NCBI GenBank assembly: GCA_027020785.1
Contig: JALUVI010000069.1
Span: 1 to 50,972 of the forward strand
Length of the DNA stretch: 50,972 nt
Direction of reading: 5' to 3'
Origin: Planctomycetota bacterium
GTDB lineage: Bacteria; Planctomycetota; UBA1135
Shown: piece by piece, positions 44,416-50,972 of the stretch
Numbering within the stretch: the stretch's first letter is position 1
How the letters are laid out: each line of letters starts with the position of its first letter
Notes under the pieces: model-generated
What the model saw: only the letters and a program-made list of their open reading frames with translations
The model's database searches: none
Told to the model about the DNA's origin: nothing
Position numbers and translations under genes: made by a program

Positions 44416-44862
44416 ATGGAACTCCGTCTCCCCCTCCTCATCGGGCTTCTCGGCCTGCTCGGCGCGTCCTGCGCCGTCGAGCCCCTGCCCCCGCCCGGCG
44501 GCGTCGCCGAGGCCGGCGGATTGCGCCTCGTGGCCGCCCCGTGGACGGCCGGCAGCGGTGACGGACACCTCGCGTTCCTCGACCTCCAGGTCCTCCCGGG
44601 CGAGCGGACCCTGTGGTTCGACGCGTTGGAAGTCGAACCCTTCGACGACCTGGACGGGGACGGCCTCCTCGATCCCGGCGAAGAAGCGGAGGGCTGGGAG
44701 ATGAACGTGGACGCCGGCGGGCCGCGCAAGGCATGGCGGGTCCACCACCTGCGGTGGCCCGAGGGGTTCCGCAACCCCGGCCTGCGGGTGCGGGCCGAGA
44801 CCACCGCCGGCGTCGTCGAGGCCACCCTGCTGCTGCCGCCGTCCGATCCTGCCCGGGGCTAG
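44416..44862 (+). CDS. small lipoprotein with a DDxDGDGxLxPGE motif (paralog)
   Basis: MELRLPLLIGLLGLLGASCA (lipobox) and FDDLDGDGLLDPGE. Confidence 0.6.
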   Translation: MELRLPLLIGLLGLLGASCAVEPLPPPGGVAEAGGLRLVAAPWTAGSGDGHLAFLDLQVLPGERTLWFDALEVEPFDDLDGDGLLDPGEEAEGWEMNVDAGGPRKAWRVHHLRWPEGFRNPGLRVRAETTAGVVEATLLLPPSDPARG

Positions 44863-44865
44863 AAT
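44860..44865 (+). promoter_or_regulatory. -10-like box TAGAAT (its TAG is the upstream stop codon) in the loop of a 7-bp inverted repeat, 8 nt upstream of ATG 44874
   Basis: CCCGGGG-CTAGAAT-CCCCGGG-C-ATG (44852-44876). Confidence 0.5.
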
Positions 44866-44873
44866 CCCCGGGC

Positions 44874-46301
44874 ATGGGGCGCGCCCGCAAGACCGCTTCG
44901 CGGCATCCGTTCCGCGAGAACCTCGAGATCGGCGTCTTCGCGGTGGTCGCGGCGATGGCCCTGAAGGTGTTCGCGGTCGAGGCCTACCAGATCCCGACCG
45001 GTTCCATGCAACCGACCCTGATGGGCACTCCCCTGCTGGACCCGGTCACCCGCCAGACCTCGGGGGCGATCCACGACCGCGTCCTGGTCGACAAGGTCAG
45101 CTACTGGTTCCGGGACCCGGAGCGCTGGGAGGTGGTGGTCTTCCGCTATCCGCTCCTGACCCACGTCAACTACGTGAAGCGGCTGGTCGGGCTCGGGGGC
45201 GAGCAGCTGCTGATCGACGACGGTGACTTGTGGGCGCGTCCGCTCGGCAGCGACGAGGACTTCGCCATCCTGCGCAAGCCGTGGAAGGTACAGGCCCACG
45301 TCTGGAAGCGGGTGTGGCCGCCTCCCCACACCGCGGCGGCGACCTGGCTGGGCTGGAGCGAAGCCGGCGACGTCAGTCGGGGCGAGGACGGCTCGCTCCG
45401 CTTCTCCGGGACGGGACGCACGCTCTACGACCACCGCATCAAGGACCAACCGAACCACGGCTACCCGGACGCCATCGCCGACCGGGTGCCGACCCGCAAT
45501 GCGCGCGCCCAGTACGTGGTAGGCGACCTGCGCGCCCGTTTCAGGGTGACTCCCGAGGCGGCGGACGGCGAGTTCCGCGCCCTCCTGGCCTTCGGCGGCC
45601 TCGACTTCACGCTGACGCTGCGCCCCGACGGCTCGCTGACCCTGACCCAGCCGGAGCTCGGGCTGGAGCGTGAGGGACGGTTGTCCGGCGACGGCGCCTT
45701 CGACCTGGACTTCTCGTGGTGGGACCACCGGCTGCGGCTCGCCGCGAATCGAAGTGGCGACGGCCTGCTCTGGCAGGAGGACTTCGTGCTCGCCTCGCGC
45801 CAGCCGACGCGGACGGCGCTCGACTTCCGCAGCCGCGGCGGCCGTTGGACCCTGGAACCGCCGACCGTCTGGCGCGACGTCTACTACCTGCCGCCGCGCC
45901 AGAGCGGCGCCCCGCCCGTGTTCGACGTCCCGGAGGGGCACTACTTCATGATGGGAGACAACACCCAGGGTTCGCTCGACAGCCGCGACTGGCAGGCCGA
46001 GACGCTGACCTTCGAGCCGGCGGCGGCAGACGGCACCGAACGCGTGCGCGGCGACCACATGGCCCACGGCGCCGATCCGACCTTCGACAACCCGCGCTGG
46101 AACCGCGAGGGGACGGTGATGACCTTCCGCGACGAGCACGGCGGCATCCATCAGTACTCCATCACCGAGATGCAGCGCTCGACCGACCGCCTGGAGCCGG
46201 CGCCGTTCGTGCCGCGCGAGTACGTCATCGGCCGCGCCATCGCCGTGTTCCTGCCGATCCCGCCCTTCAGCCCGGTCTGGCGCTTCGGGCTGGTCCACTG
46301 A
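44874..46301 (+). CDS. lepB: signal peptidase I (long form)
   Basis: IPTGSMQPTL (catalytic Ser), YVKRLVGLGGE (catalytic Lys), MMGDNTQGSLDSRDW. A large insertion lies between boxes D and E. Confidence 0.88.
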   Translation: MGRARKTASRHPFRENLEIGVFAVVAAMALKVFAVEAYQIPTGSMQPTLMGTPLLDPVTRQTSGAIHDRVLVDKVSYWFRDPERWEVVVFRYPLLTHVNYVKRLVGLGGEQLLIDDGDLWARPLGSDEDFAILRKPWKVQAHVWKRVWPPPHTAAATWLGWSEAGDVSRGEDGSLRFSGTGRTLYDHRIKDQPNHGYPDAIADRVPTRNARAQYVVGDLRARFRVTPEAADGEFRALLAFGGLDFTLTLRPDGSLTLTQPELGLEREGRLSGDGAFDLDFSWWDHRLRLAANRSGDGLLWQEDFVLASRQPTRTALDFRSRGGRWTLEPPTVWRDVYYLPPRQSGAPPVFDVPEGHYFMMGDNTQGSLDSRDWQAETLTFEPAAADGTERVRGDHMAHGADPTFDNPRWNREGTVMTFRDEHGGIHQYSITEMQRSTDRLEPAPFVPREYVIGRAIAVFLPIPPFSPVWRFGLVH

Positions 46302-46303
46302 CC

Positions 46304-47038
46304 ATGGCCGAGGAACCGCTGCTCCGAACCGAAGGGCTGTGGAAGTCCTACCGGGGGCGCGCCGTGGTCCGCGACGTGGACCTGGAAGTCGCCCCCGGCA
46401 CCTTCGTCGGACTGCTCGGCCCGAACGGAGCCGGCAAGACCACCACCTTCCGGATGTGCATGGGCATGGTCTCGCCCGACCGCGGTCGGGTCTGGTTCCA
46501 GGGCCGCGACGTCACCCGCGAGCCGATCTACAAACGGGCCCGCCTCGGCATGGGCTACCTGTCGCAGGAACCGTCGGTGTTCCGCAAGCTGTCGGTCGAG
46601 GACAACCTCCGCGCCGTCCTCGAGATCCGCAAGATCCGCGGCGAACGCGCCGAGCGACGATGCGAGGAGCTGCTGGAGGAGTTCGGCCTCCTGGTGGTGC
46701 GCGGCAGCCGCGCCGAGGTCCTCTCCGGCGGCGAGCGCCGACGCCTCGAGATCGCCCGGGTGCTCATCGGTCAACCCCGTCTCATCCTCCTCGACGAGCC
46801 CTTCTCGGGCGTGGACCCGATCGCGGTCGAGGAGATCCAGGAGATCCTGGCCCGACTCAAGGACAAGGGCATCGCCATCCTCCTGACCGATCACAACGTG
46901 CGCGAGACGTTGCAGATCACCGACCGGGCCTACATCCTGGGTCAGGGCGAAGTGATCGCGGTGGGCCCCCCCGAGGAACTGGTCGAGGACCCCGAGGTCC
47001 GGCGGGTCTACCTGGGCCGTCGCTTCAAGCTGGCCTGA
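46304..47038 (+). CDS. lptB: LPS export ABC transporter ATP-binding protein
   Basis: GPNGAGKTT, GMGYLSQEPSVFRKLSV, LSGGERRRLEIAR, LLDEPFSGVDP, and the LptB-like C-terminus VRRVYLG..F. Confidence 0.85.
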   Translation: MAEEPLLRTEGLWKSYRGRAVVRDVDLEVAPGTFVGLLGPNGAGKTTTFRMCMGMVSPDRGRVWFQGRDVTREPIYKRARLGMGYLSQEPSVFRKLSVEDNLRAVLEIRKIRGERAERRCEELLEEFGLLVVRGSRAEVLSGGERRRLEIARVLIGQPRLILLDEPFSGVDPIAVEEIQEILARLKDKGIAILLTDHNVRETLQITDRAYILGQGEVIAVGPPEELVEDPEVRRVYLGRRFKLA

Positions 47039-47085
47039 ACGCCCGAGGGCATCATCCTGCCCGGCCGAAGCCGACCGGACGCGGC

Positions 47086-47091
47086 TATCAT
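47086..47091 (+). promoter_or_regulatory. -10-like box TATCAT upstream of etfB (leadered; GGAG 6 nt before the ATG)
   Basis: GGCTATCATGTGCC...CCGGAGCCACCCATG. Confidence 0.4.
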
Positions 47092-47118
47092 GTGCCGCCC
47101 TTTGCCCCGGAGCCACCC

Positions 47119-47877
47119 ATGAAGATCCTCGTGTTCGTCAAGCGCGTTCCCGCCACGACCGCCCGCATCCGGGTGGCCGACGGCCTCCGCATGGACCCCG
47201 AGGGGGTCGAGTTCGTCCTCAACCCCTACGACGAGTTCGCCGTGGAGGAAGCCCTGCGCCGCAAGGAGGCGGCCGGCGGCGACGCCACCGTCACCGCCAT
47301 CACCCTCGGACCGCCGGAAGCGCAGAAGGAACTGCGCACCGTGCTCGCCATGGGCGCGGACGAGGCGATCCTGCTGACGCACTCCGACGCCGCCTTCCTC
47401 GATGCCGAAGCCACGGCCCAGGTGCTGGCGGAGCAAGCCGAGCAGCGCGGCCCCTGGGACCTGGTGTTCTTCGGCAAGCAGGCGGTGGACCGCGACCAGC
47501 ACGGGGTCGGTCCCTCGGTCGCGACCCGACTCGGGATGCCGTGCCTCTCGGAGATCGTCGAGCTCGAGATCGCCGACGGGAAGGCGACCGCGCGCCGCGA
47601 GGTGGAGGGCGCCAGCGAGACCCTCGAAGCCCCCCTGCCGTGCGCCTTCACCTGCCAGAAGGGGCTCAACGAGCCTCGCTACGCCAGCTTGAAGGGCATC
47701 ATGGCGGCGAAGCGCAAGCCGCTCGAGACGGTCCAGGTGGACCTGCCGCCGGCCAAGGTCGAGGTCGTCGAACTCGCGCCGCCGCCGCCGCGCCCGCCCG
47801 GCCGCATCGTCGGCGAAGGCGCGGCCGCCGTGCCCGAACTCGTCCGCGCTCTGCGCGAAGAAGCCAAGGTCCTCTGA
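47119..47877 (+). CDS. etfB: electron transfer flavoprotein beta subunit
   Basis: MKILVFVKRV, NPYDEFAVEEALR, PRYASLKGIMAAKRKP. Confidence 0.92.
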   Translation: MKILVFVKRVPATTARIRVADGLRMDPEGVEFVLNPYDEFAVEEALRRKEAAGGDATVTAITLGPPEAQKELRTVLAMGADEAILLTHSDAAFLDAEATAQVLAEQAEQRGPWDLVFFGKQAVDRDQHGVGPSVATRLGMPCLSEIVELEIADGKATARREVEGASETLEAPLPCAFTCQKGLNEPRYASLKGIMAAKRKPLETVQVDLPPAKVEVVELAPPPPRPPGRIVGEGAAAVPELVRALREEAKVL

Positions 47878-47890
47878 CGTCTCCCGCCCC

Positions 47891-48841
47891 ATGAGCACCA
47901 TCCTCGCCCTCCTCGAAACCCGCGACGGGAAGCTCCGGCCCGCGAGCCAGGAGGTCCTGGGCGCGGCCCGCACCCTGGCCGACGCCCGTTCCGGGCGCGT
48001 CGTCGCCCTGGTCACGGAATCGGCCGGCGACGCCGACGCCTCGCTCGGCGGTTTCGGCGCCGACGAAGTCCTGGTCGCATCCGGCGAACGCCACAGCCCC
48101 GACGGGGCTGCCGCCACCGCAGCGCGCGTCGCCCGGGAGACTTCGGCCGAAGTCGTCCTGCTCGCGGCCACCGTGCGCGGGCGCGACCTGCAGGGCCGCA
48201 TCGCCGCCCTGCTCGACACCGGCTTCGCCTCGGACTGCACCGCGGTGGACCCCGAGTCGCTGGTCTGGACGCGGCCGGTGTACGGCGGACGCGCCGTCGC
48301 CAAGGTCCGCGTCGTCGGCCCGGTCGCGGTCGCCAGCCTGCGCGGCAACCACTTCCCCGTGGTCCGTCGCGAGGCCGAGGCCGAGGTGAAGGAGATCGCT
48401 CCGGAACCCGGCCAGGCCCACGTCGTCACCGTGGAGGCCAAGCAGAGCGCTCGTCCCGACGTCGCCGAAGCCGCCCGCGTCATCGCCGGCGGCCGCGGCA
48501 TGGGCGGCCCCGAGAACTGGCACCTCCTCGAGCGCATCGCCGACGCCGTGCCCGGCATGGCCCTCGGTGCGTCCCGCGCCGTGGTGGACGCCGGCTGGCG
48601 GCCGCACAGCGAGCAGGTGGGCCAGACCGGCAAGACGGTGTCGCCCGAGCTCTACGTCGCCGCCGGCATCAGCGGCGCCATCCAGCACCTGGCGGGCATG
48701 AACTCCTCCAAGGTCATCGTGGCCATCAACCGCGACCCGGAGGCCCCGATCTTCCAGCACGCCACCTACGGCATCGTCGGCGACGTCAACGAGGTGCTGC
48801 CGGCCCTGGCCGAGGAGCTCGAGAAGCAGGACCTGCAGTAG
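47891..48841 (+). CDS. etfA: electron transfer flavoprotein alpha subunit
   Basis: C-terminal FAD-binding pattern VIAGGRG..., [36 protein letters not shown]. Confidence 0.92.
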   Translation: MSTILALLETRDGKLRPASQEVLGAARTLADARSGRVVALVTESAGDADASLGGFGADEVLVASGERHSPDGAAATAARVARETSAEVVLLAATVRGRDLQGRIAALLDTGFASDCTAVDPESLVWTRPVYGGRAVAKVRVVGPVAVASLRGNHFPVVRREAEAEVKEIAPEPGQAHVVTVEAKQSARPDVAEAARVIAGGRGMGGPENWHLLERIADAVPGMALGASRAVVDAGWRPHSEQVGQTGKTVSPELYVAAGISGAIQHLAGMNSSKVIVAINRDPEAPIFQHATYGIVGDVNEVLPALAEELEKQDLQ

Positions 48842-49628
48842 CGGCGGCGCGAGCCCGTTCGCGCACCAACCAGCGCGGCGGCCGGGCCTCCAGCCGCGAG
48901 CGGGCGGCCGTGAAGGCCGCCCGCTCCGACCGCGACAGGCCGGCGCCGATGCGGTCGAGGACGGCGGCGGCGAAGGCGACCCGGTCCGGTCCGCAGGCCG
49001 CGGCGAAACGGACCGCTTCGGCGGCGCGCAGGGGCGGCGGCACCGGCCCCTGGAAGAAGCGGACCTTGGCGGGGTCCAGCCAGACGCAGCGGGGCGCGCG
49101 CTCGTCGTCGCGCCGGACGACGAGCAGGTTCCGCGGCGCCAGGCCGCCGTGGAAGACCCCGGCTTCGTGGAGGGAGAGGATGGAACGCGCCACTGCGACC
49201 TCGGTGAGCGGCGGGGGCCCGGCCCCGGCGAGGAGGGCGCCGAGGTCGGGCGCGTCCTCGGCCTCGGTGAGGAGCCACGAGTCGCGGACCAGCCCGAGGC
49301 GGTCACGTTCCACGGCCCAGGCGACCGGGCGTACCGCGGGCAGCCCGCGGCGCGCGAACTCCCGTAGGGCCCGCGCTTCCGCGGCGACCCGGGCCGGCGG
49401 CAGGCCGGTGTGGCGCAATGCGGGGCGCAGCCTGCGCGCCAGCGTCGGGAAGCGGTAGCGCTTGCGCACGTAGAGACGCCCGTCCGGGGCGGCGAGCAAC
49501 AGGGTCTCGGTGCTCGCGGACCGGGACAGTTCGGCCACCAGCGTCCAATCGGGCCAGCCGGCCCGGTCCGGCGCCTGCGGCGCTCCGTGGGCGCCGGGAG
49601 GCGGAGCGCCGCCGTGGCGCCAGGTCAC
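48786..49628 (-). CDS. Kdo/WaaP-like lipopolysaccharide kinase family protein (possible pseudokinase)
   Basis: LYVRKRY (Lys), the catalytic-loop-like FHGGLAPRNLLV with Gly where HxDLxxxN has Asp, and WLDPAK. The GTG start overlaps the upstream stop (GTGA). The 3' end overlaps etfA by 56 nt in convergent orientation. Confidence 0.55.
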   Translation of the reverse strand: MTWRHGGAPPPGAHGAPQAPDRAGWPDWTLVAELSRSASTETLLLAAPDGRLYVRKRYRFPTLARRLRPALRHTGLPPARVAAEARALREFARRGLPAVRPVAWAVERDRLGLVRDSWLLTEAEDAPDLGALLAGAGPPPLTEVAVARSILSLHEAGVFHGGLAPRNLLVVRRDDERAPRCVWLDPAKVRFFQGPVPPPLRAAEAVRFAAACGPDRVAFAAAVLDRIGAGLSRSERAAFTAARSRLEARPPRWLVRERARAAATAGPASRAPRPGPAAPR

Positions 49629-50293
49629 GCCCGGCCTCCCGTCCGCCGCTCCCCCACCGGCTCGAGCAGGACCCAGGTCTGTTGACTCCAACCGCGCGCC
49701 ACGTAGCGGCGGTCGCGCTCGCGCCAGCCTGCGGCCAGGGCCTCGGCGCGGAAGGAGGCCGGAGTCTGGGCGAAGCGGGCCCGGTCACGCCGGCGGATCC
49801 CGGCGCGCCACGCCTGGTAGCTGCGCGAGTCGAAGTGGCTCGCGATCAGGGGGCCGCGGCAGACCCGGGCGAACTCGGCGAGGACCGCGGTCCGCAACTC
49901 GGGCTCGAGCAGGTGGTGGAGCAGCCGCGAGCAGAGCACGACGTCGAAGGAGGCCTCGGCGAAGGGCAGCGCCCCGGCCGAGGCCTGGAGGCGACTCCTC
50001 CCCGGATGTCGGAGCAGCATGGCGTGGGCTGCGTCCACGGCGACGACCTCGTGGGCGTGGCGGGCCAGCAACGGCGCGAACCGCCCGGTGCCGCAGGGCA
50101 GGTCCAGGGCGCGGCGGAACGGGCCGAGTTCCTCCAGCCAGGCGCCGACGAAGCCCTGTTCCCGCCGGTCGGTGCGCCGCGCCCGGCGGGTGCGCGTCCA
50201 GCGCTCCTCGGCGTAGTGCCGGGCACGAGCTGCGGACTCGTACTCGCTGCGCAGCGCACGCAGGCCGTCGCCGCCTCGGTCAGAGGAAGGCAT
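49625..50293 (-). CDS. class I SAM-dependent methyltransferase
   Basis: SAM motif I ALDLPCGTGRF. Post-I VVAVD. Motif II-like FDVVLCSRLLHHL. Confidence 0.8.
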   Translation of the reverse strand: MPSSDRGGDGLRALRSEYESAARARHYAEERWTRTRRARRTDRREQGFVGAWLEELGPFRRALDLPCGTGRFAPLLARHAHEVVAVDAAHAMLLRHPGRSRLQASAGALPFAEASFDVVLCSRLLHHLLEPELRTAVLAEFARVCRGPLIASHFDSRSYQAWRAGIRRRDRARFAQTPASFRAEALAAGWRERDRRYVARGWSQQTWVLLEPVGERRTGGRA

Positions 50294-50972
50294 CGCCGAG
50301 TTCCTCGCCCTCCGGGAAGAGGTCGGCGACGTCGCCGTCGCCCGACACCACCCGCTCCAGGAGGTGGTTGACCGGGTTGTAGAGGCAGGTCACGTTCGAG
50401 CACTCGTGACTCGCGTCGAAGGCGTCCAGCAACCGCGCGGTGCCCTCGGCGCCCTCGCCGCCGTCGCCGGACCAAGCAGCGGTGCCGCCGATGCGGGCCT
50501 TGGCCACGCCGCGGTGCGCGGGGCAGTTGAAGGTGCCGAGAGGGCTCATCACCTGCCGCAGCGCCTGGAGGTGGCACTCGCGGGGCTGCACCGTGTAGTC
50601 CCGCCAGCTCCCGTCGAGGAAGACGCGGAGGTTGGTGCTCTCGACGACCCGGAATCCGGCATCCTCGTGCCGTGCGGCGGCGAGCAGGCCCTCACGCAGC
50701 AGGCAGCGGATCTCCTCGGGCGACCGCCCCCCTCCCGTGGGGTCGAAGACCTCGGCGCCCTCGTCCTCGCGCTGGAGGAAGGGTTTGAAGGAGATGTAGT
50801 CGAAACCGTGCTCCTTGGCACGGACCGCCGCCTCTTCCATCTCGCCGAGGTTCTCGACCACCGTCCGGTCCTCGGCCCGGGCGCCGCGCCAGGTGACGAC
50901 GAAGGAATAGCCGAGCTGGACGTCCGGATTGGCCTCCTTGAGCGCGGCGGCGCTGCGGCAGATGGCGTCCAG
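50280..50972 (-). CDS. hypothetical protein, C-terminal part only (possibly a radical-SAM/SPASM-like enzyme); open to window end
   Basis: The frame of ORF 50280..50861 stays open to base 50972 (LDAICRSAAALKEANPDVQLGYSFVVTW...). The tail is Cys-rich (FNCPAHRG, HECSNVTCLYNP). The N-terminal CxxxCxxC, if present, is off-window, so the family call is weak. Confidence 0.35.
   Translation of the reverse strand: MDAICRSAAALKEANPDVQLGYSFVVTWRGARAEDRTVVENLGEMEEAAVRAKEHGFDYISFKPFLQREDEGAEVFDPTGGGRSPEEIRCLLREGLLAAARHEDAGFRVVESTNLRVFLDGSWRDYTVQPRECHLQALRQVMSPLGTFNCPAHRGVAKARIGGTAAWSGDGGEGAEGTARLLDAFDASHECSNVTCLYNPVNHLLERVVSGDGDVADLFPEGEELGDAFL

Noticed and set aside
1-50972. A search for CRISPR arrays, IS elements or transposases, integrases next to tRNA-Pro, prophage genes, toxin-antitoxin pairs and rRNA.
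   Set aside because: I saw no regularly spaced direct repeats, no terminal inverted repeats flanking a transposase-like ORF, and no recombinase motifs. The gene content is housekeeping or periplasmic throughout.

Overview
This is a very GC-rich, densely packed chromosomal segment from a diderm bacterium, judged from LptB and many lipobox proteins. I cannot place it taxonomically from the sequence alone. I support about 51 CDS plus one tRNA-Pro(GGG). I found no rRNA, CRISPR array, transposase or integrase. Most genes are housekeeping or periplasmic: a PhnCDEE-type ABC importer, sodC, an SbcCD-like pair, glpK, argS, apt, a sigma-28-type factor, birA, rph, rdgB, lepA, lepB, lptB and etfBA. Many long ORFs in the track are GC-driven antisense or out-of-frame artefacts. 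True starts are often internal, with ATGA/GTGA overlaps to the upstream gene.

Main second-look items:
1. Three genes are broken in the ORF track by an in-frame TGA that falls exactly where homologs or a paralog carry a redox Cys. Two of them have an E. coli fdhF-like hairpin with a GGUC apical loop whose G and U lie at +23/+24 from the UGA. I read all three as unannotated selenoproteins: a TlpA-like UxxC redoxin, a DUF2892 membrane protein, and a secreted thioredoxin-fold protein.
2. The third selenoprotein belongs to a tandemly duplicated two-gene cassette of unknown function (24.06-28.55 kb). Its second copy has Cys at the Sec position. This is my best candidate for an undescribed system.
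3. A 66-aa bacterial histone-fold gene that resembles the Bdellovibrio-type singlet histone (comparison from memory).
4. Pervasive leaderless-type promoter geometry, with a TANNNT box 6-8 nt upstream of the start codon. This includes a 32-bp back-to-back pair and -10 boxes sitting in the loops of inverted repeats.
5. An orphan intrinsic terminator next to tRNA-Pro.

Everything rests on reading the sequence by eye. No database search or folding computation was run.
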